From: Cyanophora paradoxa CCMP329
Taxonomy: Eukaryota; Plantae; Glaucophyta
DNA length: 64,000 nucleotides
Direction of reading: 5' to 3'
Assembly (NCBI GenBank): GCA_004431415.1
Contig: QPMI01000166.1
Span: 1-64,000 of the forward strand
In this document: positions 1-15,955 of the stretch, piece after piece
Layout of the letters: each line of letters opens with the position of its first letter
How positions within the stretch are numbered: the stretch's first letter is position 1
The notes under the pieces: model-generated
Told to the model about the DNA's origin: nothing
The model's database searches: none
What the model saw: the letters and a program-made list of their open reading frames with translations, nothing else
Program-made: the position numbers and the translations under genes

Positions 1-1400
1 GGGCGCACGATGACGGCCATGATGTACTCGTCGACGCTGTGCACGTGCATGGTCCGGTGCGTGTCGTACACGATGTAGAGCGAGAAGACCACCTGCGGGG
101 GCCCGTGAGGCGAGACCCCGGGCGGGGCGCGCGGGGGAGGCGCGGGCGCACGGCGCCGGCGACGGAGAGGAGGAAGTCGAAGAGAGGGAGCGCACGAAGA
201 TCTGCGGGGCGGGGCGTGAGGGGCGGGCGGTGGGCGGGGCGGGGCGGGGGGGGGGCGGGGGGGGGGCGGGCCTGGACGAAGCCGGCGATGAGGAGGAGAG
301 AGGCGGACGGCCGGCCCGACCTTCGACTGCGCCCGGGGCGAGCCGGCTCGGCGGGCGTGCGGGCGGGGCGGGGCGGGGACCTGAAGGTGTAGAGCGTGAG
401 GGCGACGACGATGGCGGCGGTCAGGCAGACCGCCTCCAGCACGATGCCGTCGAGTAGAAGCTGCAGATCGTCCCACCGTGTACCTGCGGGGGGGGGGGGG
501 GGGGGGGGGGGGGAGGGGGGGGTCGTCGGCGAGGCGCGGCGCGGCCGGGCCGCGGGGGCGCGCCGCACCGAAGCAGAGCGTGAAGAGGCCGAGGAGGCCC
601 ATGTTCAGGGGTACTGAGGGCGCAGGTCAAGCGGAATGGCGCGGACGGAGGGGATTGGGGATACAGCGGACCTGCTCCGCACACACATGAGGACGAACCT
701 TCGAAGGGAGTCAGACGAGTTAAGAGAGATCGCCTGCAGGGGGGGCGCACAGGATGACAATGGGAGGAGGCTGGCGGTGATGAGGACCGCCTGCGAGCTG
801 CGAGCGAACTGGCGCAGCGGCTCCACGGTCTGCCAGTGTGATCTTTAGCTACAAGGCAGATTGAAGCACGCAAGCACGCCGCAGTTCGACCCGCGCGCGC
901 ACCATGATCTGCGAGGGCGGTCAAGTGACGCGCGCTCCGATTTCAGCTCCGCGAGTAGCGTCGAAGGCGGGCAGTGGAGACGCACGAGAGCGGCCATGAG
1001 GGATGTGATGTCAACTGGATCGCAAGGATTCCGTAGACCTGAAAGTGGGATGCGCCTTTTCAGGTGCACATGAAAGACACTCCTCACTCAGTGCACGCGT
1101 CCCACCTTCCGGAGAAGCCCATCCGGATTGAGATCTGTCAAAGAGCGTCAGTCTCGAGCGCCGAGGAGCGAAGGGAAAGGCGTCCATCTCGGGGAGGAGC
1201 GAAGGTTCGGCGTCAGTCTCACTCCCACTCCTGTGCCGCGGTGCGCTTCCCTGCATTGAGGAAAGACGCGCCTCCAACTCCAGCTCAGGATCGGCCGCCG
1301 GATAGTAGGCAGGAGCGGGACCGGCCGGCATTGCGCCGTACGGTGTGACGTTGGCGGGCGCCGTACTGGGCTGCGGGCGCCGGCTGCTCTGTTGCTTCAT
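1..1400 (-). CDS. Bax inhibitor-1 / TMBIM (LIFEGUARD-like) membrane protein, spliced, 3' end beyond window start
   Basis: Reverse-strand exons give VYGILAIQL, LTLYTF, LLIAGFVQ and VVFSLYIVYDTHRTMHVHSVDEYIMAVI (TMBIM C-terminal signature). Pro/Ala/Tyr-rich N-terminus from ATG 1400. Several homopolymer indels. Confidence 0.85.
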
Positions 1401-1492
1401 GGCTTGCGCTTCCGTGTGAAGGTGTACGCGTCAGTCTTGGGGTACAAGTTTATGCGACGTCGTGGCGCGGGCTTCTGCGGCGCTGGCGAGCG

Positions 1493-3413
1493 ATGGAAGG
1501 GCGCCGGAAGCTGCTGCACCTCGCGCTGAGCGTGCTGGTGGTCGTGCTCGTCGCCGACTGTTCACGTTCGGCCTCTTCCGCATCGGGCGGTTCTACTATG
1601 TCCGTGCGCTCGAGTCTCGATGCAAAGCGACCGGTGAGCACGCTGTGGCGCGCTTCGGCGCATCGTTCGGCCGCATGCCGCCAACCACCCTCCCGCGCAG
1701 CTGGCTGTTTAGCGACTGCATCGAGAGCCTCAAGAACACGTGGGCGGCGTCTACGACAAAGCGTGAGACCGCAGCCTGCGCCGCGGCCGCCACGGCAGCT
1801 CAGATCCCGCAGGCCGCAGACACCGGCCCACAAGCCGCGCCTCATCGGTTCACGGTCGGGACACGTCGAGGGCCTCGAGTGATGCAGAAGCAACGCAAAG
1901 TGCGGCGCGCCCGCCCACTCGCTTCGGCCGCGGTGCTCACGCCGGGGCAGGTACGGGATCGAGCTGCGGGTGCAGATGTACCGCTGCTGCTGGGAAGGCC
2001 ATCGGGCACGGCCGCGGCTTCGGCACAAGCTCAACCTCGAGCGCGACATCGTCATAGCGCGTCCGCGTCCCGCGCCGCCGCCCGCCCGCGCGCGCGGGCC
2101 GAGCGGGGCGGGCGGGGCGGCGGGGCGCAGGCGGAGGACATCCACGACGACGACGTTGTGATGTTCGTCGACGCGTTCGACGTCATCTTCGCCCCGACCT
2201 CCGCCGAGAGGCGCGCGTACCCTGCCCCGGCCCGGCGACCCGCCCCGGCCCCGCTCACCGCGGCCCCCGCAGATCCTCGCCAAGTTCTTCGAGACGGGCT
2301 GCGAGGTCGTCTTCGCCGCCGAGTACTTCTGCTGGCCCCGCCCCGAGATGAAGCGCGCGCCGCCGCGGCCCCGCCCGACCCGCCCCGCGCGGGTCCGAGC
2401 GGGAGCGCGCAGGGAGCGGTACCCGAGTGACGACGCCGTACCGCTTCATCAACTCGGGCCTCTACATCGGCTAGCCCGCACGATCCGGAGGCGAGCCCCC
2501 GCCCCGCCCTCGCGTCCCCGCGGGGACTCGCGTGAGGGCGGGTTCAGGTACCTGGCAACTGCGGGCGGCCCTTCGACACGCTGAGCGACGACCAGCCTTC
2601 TACACCACGTCTACTTCAACCCGCCCCCTCCAAGAAGTCCCCCCGCCCCTCCGCCGCGCCGCGCCGGGCTGGGTCATGCACCCGCCGACGCGCCGCCGCC
2701 GCAGGATGTGCATCGACTACAAGAACGACCTCTTCATGTGCATGGGCGGCGCCCTCCAGGTACGCGTCGCCCGTACCCCTCCCAGCCTCCTCTGGCGAGC
2801 GTACCCCGCAGGACGCGAAGCTGCTGCTCCCTCCGAGACGGGCAACTCGAAGGTCGAGGTGCGGGGGGTCTACCGCAAGCGCGCGCCTCGCCGGCCGGGC
2901 GCGGGGGGCGCCGACATGCGCCCCGGGGGCGGGGCGGGCAGGTGGAGAACGTGAAGACGAAGGGGCGGCCGAAGATCATGCACTTCAACGGCGGCAACCT
3001 CAAGCCCCACGTCGTCTCCTGGTCCGCCCCGCCCCCTTCCCCCCGTCCCCAGGGGCCCGCCGGCCGAGCGCCCGCCCGCCGCCCGCAGGTACCAGCAGAT
3101 GTACGGCATCGAGCTCGACCCCGCCGACGGCTCCCCGCTCTCCTACCCCGGCACCAAGGTCAACTCCCTGTACCCCCGGCCCGGGAATTCCCGCGGCCGA
3201 CGTACCCCCGCAGATCGTGGCCCTCCTGATCGCCGTGCTGGGCGCCTCCTCCTCGTACTGGCGCGCCCCGTGCCGCCAGCCCCCGCCCGCTCCCCTGACG
3301 CCCCGCCGCAGGTACTGCCGAAAGCAGCGCAGGAGGCACGTCTCGTACCCCCCGTAACCCCTCCGCGGGGGCGGGCAGGCGTGTCCATCGCGATCGCATG
3401 TCCGACGCAATAG
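1493..3413 (+). CDS. PLOD (lysyl hydroxylase N-terminal)-type glycosyltransferase domain protein, membrane-anchored
   Basis: Motifs DDDVVMFVDAFDVIF (DxD), VVFAAEYFCWP, YRFINSGLYIG, CIDYKNDLF, KIMHFNGG. N-terminal hydrophobic stretch LLHLALSVLVVVLVA and a C-terminal hydrophobic stretch. Stop position approximate. Confidence 0.8.
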
Positions 3414-3776
3414 GAACGAAACCCTTCAAAAGCACTGCGGCATGACGACGCCCTCCAGGTCGAGGGTCCCCTCGAGCTCGGCGCCGGGCCGGGCGGTTAG
3501 TGGCGCAGATCGAGAGATCGAGACCGATCGCGAGAGCTGCTGGACGAGCTGCTGAGCTCGAGGCCAAGGATCCGGATTCGCGCCGCGCATGCGCTGCAAT
3601 TTGATCACCCGGGTACCAGTACCAGAGCACGGGTAGCAGAGATCAAGAGCGGTTTAACGCTGCTAGCTGTAGGTGCATATAGCTAGGCGTGAAAGTTAAG
3701 CCGCGCGAGAGAGAGTAAAGCGCTGTTCAGAAGCTGCGGAACAGCTCGGATCGCGCAGATCTATAGCGCTCGAACG

Positions 3777-6250
<2,474 letters not shown>

Positions 6251-6564
6251 CGGCTGCTTCTGCGGCTGCTGCGCATGCCTGCAGTCTGTTGTCAACTTCG
6301 ATCGCAGCTGCCAGGCCGGCTGCGCATGCAGCTCGCCGCGCGCGGAAGGGAATGGGCCGTCGTCCCTGGGCCTGGATCGATATCATCAGATACCAGATCA
6401 TGATCATGTAGCCCGTGGGCCTGGCCATGGCCAGGCTCAAACTTGCTCGAAAGCTTGATCGTGAAATCACTGCAATTGCGCGTTTCAAATTCGAAGCTCT
6501 CACACTTGATATCCTGATCATGAGCAATTGGCCACTGGCCGCCGGCCATGATCATGAGCGGCTG

Positions 6565-6578
6565 TGAAACCGTGGCAC
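6565..6578 (+). promoter_or_regulatory. Recurrent intergenic motif TGRMACCGTGGCAC, copy 1
   Basis: TGAAACCGTGGCAC; core ACCGTGGCAC also at 32433 and 42234. Confidence 0.45.
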
Positions 6579-7030
6579 GGATATTCGCGATATCGCGATT
6601 GGATGATCAGGATCATGACCACCGGATTTTCGACTTCCACGCTTCTACAGCCCTTGGAGTTACATCTCAGAGCCTAGAACTCCCAAAAATTTTAGAAGCA
6701 TTGAACTTCTGAAGCTTCCGAAGTTCCAATTGCAAGTTTTCATTTCTTCAAGGCCGCGCCTTTTTCTTCGAGTCAAGCAAGCGCTGCCTGTCACTGAGTC
6801 ACTGCCAGCCTTGCCAAGCTGTTTCAGGGGTTTGCCTCAAGGTCGTCAACTTTGGCAATTCGCAATTCAAAGCGTGGAAGACTTGGGAGGTCAAACGAGC
6901 ACCAGCACTCCGGCACGAGCAGCTTCACGTACACACTGACAAAGACAAATTAAAGGCGTACACCATTTGCACCATGGCATTCATGGTACGACGTCGACAT
7001 TGATGATTCTCTACAAATTCAGAGCCACGA

Positions 7031-10000
7031 TCACGAACGAGCTCGCTGGGAGTTGGACGCTGAGGCCTCGGCCGCTCCCCCGAGGGGAGCGAAGGGCAGC
7101 GGGGGGTACCCCGCGGCGGCGGCCGCCCCGCGCGCGGCGGCGAGCACCGCGTCGAAGGCGGCGCGGGCGCCGGCGCCGGCCCCGCCGGCACTTTCAGCGG
7201 CGGCGCGGCGGAGGGCGCGGAGGAGCACGGCGACCGCCTCGAGGTTGCCCCGGCGCACGAGCTCCGCCGCGTCCCGCTCCCCCTGCCCCAGCAGCGCCTT
7301 CGCCTCCTCCGCCTCGAGGGGACCCTCGCGACCGCCTCCAGCCAGCGCAGCGCGGAGGAGGCCACCGGCCCGGCGGGGGGCCGGCAGGACCCGGGGCACA
7401 GAGGGGGCGGGGGAGGCGGGGGAGGGGCGGGGGCCGGGGGAGGGGGAGGGGGGCGCGCGGGGGCGAGGGGGCGGGGGCGCGAAGGGAGCGGCGCGGGAGG
7501 AGGCGGCTGCAACTGCCGGTGCTGCGCCGGCGGAGGGCCCGCCGCGGAGGCGGCGGCGATGGAAGAGGAGGCGGGGGCGGGGGCGGGGGTCAGGGGGCCC
7601 CGGCGGGCCTGCTCGAGCACCTCCCGCCGGATGTCTGCCCCCGCGCCCGACGCTCAGAGCCCGAGGGCCCCGGGGGCGCCGGCTGCGAGCACCTGGCGGG
7701 AGCGCGGCCAGGAACTCTGGGTCGATCCCGGGCGGGACGGTTTCGCGGGGCGGGGGAGGCGCCGCCCGGACAGGGGCCTTCTCTTTGGCCCTCGAGGAGG
7801 GGGCGGGGGCGGGGGCGGGGGCGGGGGCGGGGGCAGCGGGCCGGAGGGGTACGGGTGCGATGGGTCGGGTCGCCCGTTGCTGCAGAGCGCGCGCGTCGGC
7901 CGAGGAACATGGAAATTAAAGCGGCCCGGGCGTATTTCGAACCCGGGTGTAGTAGACCTCGAGCTCGGCGCGGATGGCGGGCGGCAGCGCGGCGAGCGCG
8001 TGCGGGTCGGCCTGCGGGTGTGTGAGCCCACGCACGCGGAGCCAAAAGCGCCCTCTGGGGGCTCGAACCTGGGAGTAGTCGGGGATGTCCCCGCCGAGGG
8101 CGGCGGCCGCCTCGCGGAGGAGGGCCGGGGCGTCGGGCGGCAGGCGGCTGGCGGCAGGGGCGGGGGCGGAGGCGGCGGCGAGGGTGCGCGGGGGCGGGCG
8201 GGGGCGCGGGCGGGTGTGGGGGAGGGGCCGCCGGGGCAAGTTGGGGCGCGGCCGCGGCCTCCTCCCCTCCTCCTCGTCGTCGTCGAGCAGAATGACGTCC
8301 TCGGGCTCCTGGGGGTACGTAAAGCCGCCGGGGGGTACGGGGAGGGGAGGGAGGGTCCGCGGACCCTGATGCAGAGCCGGGGGCGGGGGGCGGGGGGGCG
8401 GGTGCCTCTCCCTCCTCCTCGGCCCCGCCGGGCGCCCGCCGCCGGCGGCGACGGCGTGCGCCTGCGGGGGGGCCCTCGGGGAGGAAGCGGGCGGGGGAGC
8501 GGGGGCGCGGGGCGCACGGCGGCCTGGGCCTGCCGCCCCAGCATCGCCGCGATCGAGTTCGAGGGGTCCCCCCCGGGGCGGCCCCGCGCCCCTCCGCCTC
8601 CAGCCGCGTCACCTGCCGGCCCCCGCACGCGCGCTCAGGCGCCGCGCCCTCCCCCGCCTCCCCGCGGGGGCACCTGGATGCCGACGCCGCGGAGCTCGGC
8701 GTGGGGCACGGCGAGCTCGCGGAAGAGCGCCCCGCCGCCCGCCAGATCGCCTGCCAGCCGCCGCCGCCGCCTCGCGGGAGGGAGGACGGGAGAGGTGCGG
8801 GGTGCGGGGGGCACCTCGGGGTCGTCCGTTGCCTGCCCGAGGGTCTGCGCGGGCGGTGAGGGGCGAGGAGGAAGGGGAGTGAGAAGGGGGCGGGCGGACG
8901 GCGGAGCGGGAGAGGTTGTCGCAGAGGCCGTGCCCGAGCAGCTTCGCCGGCTCCACCGGCGCCCCCGCCGCCCGCCGCTTCACCTGTCGGGTCCCCCTGA
9001 GCCCCGCAGGCGGGGTTGGGCCGGGGAGCGGGCCTTCAACGTGAAGGTGCGGCCGCGCACGCCGGCCTCGCGGCAGCGGCGGGCGACCTGGGCGGGCGGG
9101 GTCAGGGCGGAGGCAGGGGGCGCGGGGGCCGGGGGCGGGCCTCGTGGGCGAGCTGGCGGAGGAACGCGAGGGCGCGGGCCTCCTCCTCGAAGCGCACCCC
9201 CAGTTCACCTGCCCAGGCGCCCCTGAGGGCCCCCAGAGGCCCCAGCGAGCCGAGGGCACCTCCGCCCCAGCGACTTGCGCTGCACCGCCCGTCCACGGGG
9301 CGGGGTCCACCCGCGCGCGAACTCCCACAGCGTGCCCCCGGTCTTCTTCCCTGCGGGGCACGAGGGTGAGAGGCGGGCGGGGGAGAGCCCAGGGGGCACG
9401 GGAGTGCAGCGGGCGGGCTCACCGAACTGGGCCTCGAGGGAGGCCCGCGACATGCCTGCCGAAGAAATGAGAGGATGGGCGGGGCGGGCGGGGCGGGCGT
9501 GGGGCGGGGCGCGCGCCCTGGATCTGGCCGCAGGTGGCGATGCCGGCCTCCTCCAGCCGCCGCCCCAGCTTCCACCTGCACCCCTCCAGCTTCAGCGGCG
9601 ACGAGGGCGGGGGGGAGGCGGGCGGGCCCGACGCCGGGGAGGTCGGAGACGGGCAGGGGCGCCAGGTAGGCCAGCACCTGCCCCGGGGCGTGAGAGGGGG
9701 GGGGGGGGATGCGAGGGGCGCGCCTCCTCGTCGGGGAGGTGGAACTGGCCGTCAGGCTTGGCGCGCTTCGTCGCCAGCCGCGCCAGCAGCACGCTGCTCG
9801 CTGCGCCCCACCGCGTCGGAGGGAGGGGCGACGGGGGGCGGCCGGGCGCGGGGCGCGGGGCGCGGCGGGGCGCGGGGGCACCGATGCCGGCGGAGGCGGT
9901 GCAGCGCGTCGCCTCGAAGATCTCCTGCCGCGCGCGCCCGAGGGTCAAGGCCCGAGAGGCGGCGGCGGGCGCAGGGCGGGCGGGGTGGCGGGGGCGGGGG

Positions 10001-12407
10001 CGGGCGCACGCGGCGGAGGGCGGCGACGAGGGGCGGGGCGCGGGGGAGGGGCACCCCCGCGAACTCCAGGTACGCCTCGTCGCACGAGACCGCCTGCCCG
10101 CCCGCGTGTGAGGCGCGTGGGGCGGCGGGGATTCACGGCGGGCGGGCCTGGACGCGGCGGGAGTAGCGGAAGAAGAGGGTGTAGATCGCGTCGCTGACCT
10201 CCTGGTACTTTTCGAACTGCGGCACGAACGCCTCGGGAGGAGAAGAGAGGGGCGGGGCGGGGCGGGCGCGCGTCGTAGGGGAGGGTGACGAGGGCGGGGC
10301 AGAGGCGGCGGGCCTCCCCAGGAACATCCCCGCCCGGATCCCTGCACGCTGTCGGGCGGGGCGGGAGGCGCGGCGCTCCGCTCGGGGGGGCGGACCGTAC
10401 TTGCGGGCGACGTAGTTGGCGCTCGAGACCTCCCCCGTCGAGCCCTCGCCCCCGGCCCCGTGCCTGCCCGCCCCCGGCCTCGTGCGCCGCCGCCGGGGGG
10501 ATGGCGGAGGGGCGGCGCACGCGACGGCGACGGGGAGGGCCTGAGCGCGCAGGGGCGTCAGCGACCGGAGGGCGCGGGGCGGGGCGCGGGGCGGGGCGGG
10601 GCGGGCCTGCAGGTCGGGCCTCTCGCGGAGGGCCACCGACGCGAAGAAGCAGTCCATGTCCTGCGAACGAAGCCTAAGCCGGCCACGCCGCGGGGCGGGG
10701 CGGGGCGCGGGGGCGCGGGCCACGTGGACGACGATGCGGGGGGCGTCGGGGCTCGGGCCCCCGCCAGCGCCTCCGCCAGCGCCGCCGGCTCCCCCAACGC
10801 CTCCCCGGCCGCCGCCAGCCTGGCCAGCCCTCAGGCGCTCGCGAGGGGGGCCCAGGAGGGTGGGGCGGGGGCACCGCGCGGCGAGGGTCTGGTGGCCCCC
10901 CGTCGGACGATCGATGCTGAGAGGGGAGCGCGCGCGCGGGGCGGGGGGCGCACCTGGTAGCGCGCCTTCCACGACCCGATGTGGTGCAGCCGCGAGCTCT
11001 GCCCGCCCCCACGGTCAGCGCACCCCCGGCCGAAGGGTAGGGGCGCCGGCCCGCCTGGTAGAAGGATGCGATGAAGTTGGGGTCGGCCTGCGGCGCGGGC
11101 TCGAGGCCGGAGGGGGCCGATTGCGGAAGGGGGCGGGAGGGGGCGGGCCTGGGCGTTCCGGAGGGGGATCGTCCTGCGCTCGCTGGGCGGGGAGACGCCG
11201 GCGGGCGGCGCCGGCGGCCGCCTTGGGCTCTCGGCCGGGGAGGGTGCCGCCGCGGGGGCGGGGATGGGGTCCGGGGCGGGGGCCGGGGCGGCCTCGGGCG
11301 GGGCGGGCCTGGGGCGGGAAGGGCCGGCGGCTGGGGCGGGGCGCCGTAGTGGAGGGGCCGGGCGGCGCGGGAGTTGCCGGGGCGGGGCCCGGGGGCCCCC
11401 GAGGCGGCGGGGAAGGGGAGGGCCGGCTGCGCGGCGTCCCGCAGGTTGGCGAGCAGGTACGGCGCCACCGGCTGCAGCCTGCGCGAGAGGGGCGCGCGTC
11501 AGCCGCTCGGCCCCGACCTCAGAGGCGTCGGCATCGCCTCTTGTTCTTGACGGAGTCGACGATCCAGTCGGGCGTCACGACGGCGAGGCCCCTGCCATGC
11601 GCGCGCGCGAGCGGCGGCGTAAGGTGAGCCGCGCGCGCCGGAGGCTCGCGGCGCACCGGAACTGGTCGAACTTGCGGTCGGGGAGGTTCGTCGCGATCAC
11701 GTGCGTCACCTGCCGCGGCCGGCCCCCGCTCAGCTCAGCCGGCGCCGCCGGATCCCGGGGCTCCGGTGCGCGCCTTGCCCTTGGTGAGGTACTGCTCGTG
11801 GTTGCCGCCGTGGACAGCGACGAGGCGCCGCAGCTCCAGGGGCGGCGGCTCCGTGAACCCGTTGATCCAAACGCTCACCCCGCTGCGCGGCCGGCGCGCG
11901 TCAGAGCCCGGCGCATGCGCGGGTGCGCGGAGGCGGGCGGGCGGCTGCTGTGCGCCGGAAGAGGTCGGAGCGCTCCTCGTCGGGGGCCGCCTGCCGCGCC
12001 TCCTCCAGCTGCCGGTGCAGCTTCCCGTCCTTCTGCTGCATGTCTGCGCATGCCCGACGCGCGCGGCCAGCTGAGCGGAGCCGCGGCGGGCTTGGACGGG
12101 GCTCGGGGCACGCGCACAGGTCCCGAAGGGCGAGGGGCCCGTCCGTGTGCCGATCTTCTTCGGCGGATTTGAATCCGCCGGGGCGTCCGTGCCTTGGTCT
12201 GCACACGCGGGCGTCGGCGGAGGCGAGTGCGCATGCGCAGGCGCCTCGTGCGCCCGCGAGCGTCGCGCTCGCACCATCGCCGCCGTCGCTCGTGCTCCCG
12301 CCGCCCTCGCGCGGCCTGGCGAGCGCTCAGTCAGGCGCGGGAGCGCTGCTGCGCTTTGCGCACCTCTTGCGCAGGAACGAGAATTGCGACGGCTCCGCCG
12401 GATTCAT
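7031..12407 (-). CDS. REV1: DNA repair protein REV1 (BRCT + Y-family polymerase + UBMs + C-terminal domain)
   Basis: BRCT GVSVWINGFTEPPPLELRRLVAVHGG; N-digit DPNFIASFYQ..SRLHHI; HVDMDCFFASV; SSANYVARKYG; AVSCDEAYL; LARLATKRAKPDGQ; RKSLGAEVNWGVRF; UBMs DPHALAALPPAIRAELE and IDPEFLAALPPDIRREVL. Start approximate. Confidence 0.95.
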
Positions 12408-12653
12408 CTTAGCGTCCTGATAGCGTCCAGGCTTGCAGGGCCTCTTCTGCGGCGCTTGGGCCGCGCGGCGGCAGCGACGAGCGGTCGAGCTGCCGCGTAC
12501 GTCTCGCAGCGCCACCACAGAGACTCAGCAGCTTTTTAACATGTGCCCCTGCGCGATCTTAAGCTCGCCTTGGCGGCAAAACCGCCGAAAAGTAACTAAA
12601 GTTCTCCGCCGGGGTACGCGCAGACTGAAAGCGAGCAAGGCTAGCTCGCAGCG

Positions 12654-14517
12654 ATGCCGCCGAAAGTGCTCAAAGTGTGAGTTCTAGGCCGTAGCTAGAA
12701 TCTCCGTCGCCCTTGCGCACCGCTCACGCTCGGGCAGGCTCGTGTGCGGTGACGTGAATGGGCGACTCGGGCAGCTGTACGAGCGGGTCAACGCGGTCAA
12801 CGACAGCCATGGGCCTTTCACGGCCCTCTTCTGCGTCGGATCGTTCTTCGGCGTGTGCCTCTCCAGCAAGTACGCCGACCCGAAGGCGGACGTCATGGAC
12901 TACATCGCGGGGCGCAAGCGCGGTGCGCTCCGCTCCGTCGGCCCGCTCCCGTCGCGGGACGCTCGGGCGCTCCGCGCCGGCCCGCCAGCGCACATGCCAT
13001 CGGCCGCCGGCGGGGCTCACCGCCGCTCACGCGGGGCGGGCGGCAGCGCCGATCAAGACGTACGTGGTGCAGGGGAACGACTCGGGCAACGGGGAGCTGA
13101 ATCGGAGCCTGACGGGGGACATGGGCCCGAACCTGGTCTTCCTGGGGCGCTCGGGGGTCACCTCCGTGCAGGGCCTGAAGGTCGCCTTCCTCTCCGGCAC
13201 CTACGACCGCGCCCGCGTCACCGCCGACACCGACAACCAGCCCCCCGACGCGCGTGCCCCGCCCCCGCCCCGCCCCCCGCGCCCCGCACCGCATCTTACC
13301 TCTTACCCCGCTCGTCCGCCGGCGCAGGCGCCGTTCGACGGGTACTACACGCGGAAGGACGTGCAGATGCTGGTGCAGCTGACGGAGCTCGACTCGTTCA
13401 AGGGCGTCGACCTCCTCCTCACCGCCGAGTGGCCCAAGGACTTCGCCACCAACCTCCCGTCCGCCTGCCCCTCCCCGGCCCCGGCGCACCCCCCTCACTT
13501 TGCGGGGCGGCAGGGCGGACGGGCTGCCGGAGGGGGTGGACGCCTCCTGGGGCTCGCCCGTCTCCAGCCTCCTCGCCGCCGCCACCAAGCCCCGGTACCC
13601 CCCGCCTCCCCCTCCCCTCCGTGCGGGGCGAGCCGTACCCCTCCCGCGCCGCAGCTACCACTTCGCTTCGACGCACAACCGCTTCTTCCAGCGGGTGCGG
13701 CGTGCCGGCGCCGCGTGCTTCGCGCGCCGACGTACCCCCGCCCGCCCCAGGCCCCCTACCGCAACCGCGGCGGCCACCACGTCACCCGCATGGCGCGGCC
13801 CCCTCCCCGGCCGCGACTCCCTCGCTCTCTCATCATCGTGCCCCCAGATCTCTCTGGCCTCGATCGCCTCCGAAGACCCCAAGAACAAGGTGCCCCCGGC
13901 CCCGTGGCCGCCCCCGTGCCCGCCGCGCACGCCGACCTCGCGCCCCCTGCGCAGTACCTGCACGCGCTGCAGCTCACGCCCCTCATCGAGGTGGACGCCG
14001 CCACGCTCACCCAGGTCCCCCTCCGCCCCGCCTCCCGCATTGCACGCACCCACGCCGGCTTGACCGGCTCGCGCGCTCCTCTAGGTGCCCCCGAACTCGA
14101 CCCGCTTCCCCTTCGCGGCGTACGCCCCCGCGGGAGAGGTCGACGACGACGTACCCCCTCCCGCCCCCGCCCCGGCCCCGGCCGCCCCGGCCGCCCCCGC
14201 CGCGCCCCTTCCCGACCAATCCGCTGCCTTCCTCAACTCCTCCGGTACCCCCCCCCCCCCCCCCGCGACCTGCCTGTTCTCCCTCCTCCTCGGCGCTGAC
14301 GGCGGGCGTGCAGACAATGCGCTGCCGACGTCGTTCGGCAAGAAGAAGCCGAACCGGAACGAGGGGAGGCCGCCCCCGGTGCTTCCGCCCCCGCCCCCGC
14401 CCCCGCGCCCCCCGCGCAGGGCGGAGCTCACGCCGCCGCCCCCGCAGCCCAAGCGCCCGAAGCCCGAGGCGCCGATCCCGGGCCTTCTGGCGCCCACGCC
14501 GCGGCGCAGCCCCGACA

Positions 14518-14548
<31 letters not shown>

Positions 14549-15854
14549 GGTGCGCTGCCCCGCGCCCGGCCGCGCGGCGCCGCTCAAAGGCGGCGCAGGC
14601 AAGCGGGGGCGTGGCGAGGACGGCCCGACCTTCGTGAAGGACCGTGCGCTGTACCCCCTCCCTCCCCGCCCTCCGGCAGCCCGCCGTCGCGCTCAACCTC
14701 GGACCCAGCGCGAGCCTGGATCGCCTCGGAGTGCTGGTTCTGCCTCGGCAGCTCCCAGGCGACCCCGCCCCGCCCCGCCCCGCCCCGCGCGAGGCCGTGC
14801 ACGCCCACAGCCAGCTCACGCGCTCCCCCCAGGTGGAGAAGCACCTCGTGATCTCGGTGGGCGACGAGGTCTACCTCGCGCTGGCGCGTACCCCCCGCCC
14901 CGCCCGCGCGCCCCCTGCGCTGACCCCCCCGCAGGCGAAGGGGGCGCTGGTCTCGCAGCACGTGCTGCTGCTCCCCATCTCCCACTACGCCTCCTACAAC
15001 GAGGTCCCCGAGTCGGTGCGGGGGGCGGGGCGGCCGGCCCGGGCGCCCCGCCCTGCCGCTGAGGCGCCGTGCCCGGCAGGTGCTGGCGGAGATGGAGCGC
15101 TACAAGGAGGCCCTCAAGAAGTTCTTCGCCTCCCAGGTGCCCCCCGCCCCGAGGAGGCCGGCCCCCGGTCCGACGGGCCGAGCGACGCGCGCAGAACCTG
15201 GTCCCCGTGCTCTTCGACCGGAGCGTGCAGACCAAGGGCGCCGCCCACTTCCACCTCCAGGCGCGCCGCCGCGGGCCGCCCCGGGCAGCTAGCGCGCTGG
15301 AGGGGCGAGACGGGGCGGGCAGGTGGTGCCGGTGCCGGAGAAGCTGGCGCCCAAGGTGCAGGAGGTGTACGAGAAGGAGGGCGGGCGGCACCGCATCGGC
15401 TTCGAGAAGATCCTCCCCTTCGAGGACCTCAAGAAGGCGCCCCCGCCCCCCCGCCCCGCCCCCAGGCCCCCGCCCCTGATCGCGTGGGCCGCAGCAACTG
15501 GGCCCCCGGGACCAGTACTTCCTCGTGGAGCTCCCCACGGGGGACCGCCTCCTCCACCGCGTCCCCGGGGTCCGCCGCCGAGCCCCGCGCCCCCCTCCCC
15601 TCCCGCCGGCGTGACGCCGGGGGGCAGGGCGCGAGGCACCCGCTGCAGTTCGGGCGGGAGGCCCTCGCCGTCCTCATCAACAAGCCCGAGCGCGGCGACT
15701 GGAAGGCCCGCCCCCCCCCCGGTCCCCTGCCCCGTGCCCCCGCCGCCTCCGACCCTCGTCGCAGGCGTGCGTGGTGGACGAGGACGAGGAGAAGGCGATG
15801 GCCGGCCGCTTCCGAGACCGCTTCGCGCCCTTCGAGCCCCAGCCGGCCTCGTAG
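12654..15854 (+). CDS. CWF19L1: CWF19-like protein 1 (Drn1/Mug161; pseudo-metallophosphatase + CwfJ domains)
   Basis: MPPKVLKV|LVCGDVNG, GPFTALFCVGSFFG, VDLLLTAEWP, KPRYHF, CWFCL, VEKHLVISVGDEVYLALAKG, HVLLLPISH, HFHLQVVPVP, QFGRE, DWKAC, FAPFE. Confidence 0.93.
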
Positions 15855-15955
15855 GCCCGGGACCCTCCCCGGCCCTCCCCGCGAGCGCTTCGTAGAGCTA
15901 GTGTAAACATTATGCAAGCCGGCCTCGACGGAGCCGCCGCGAGGGAGGGGGCGGG

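Noticed and set aside
321-326. Possible 6-nt microexon (TCGAAG) in BI-1
   Set aside because: The adjacent sequence still looks like damaged coding sequence (..LLIAGFVQ), so a locally poor assembly is more likely.
6925-12420. Long overlapping Arg/Gly/Pro/Ala-rich ORFs on both strands in the ORF track (here and throughout, e.g. 23164-25296)
   Set aside because: Stop codons are rare at this GC content. These are shadow frames of spliced genes with no recognisable motifs.
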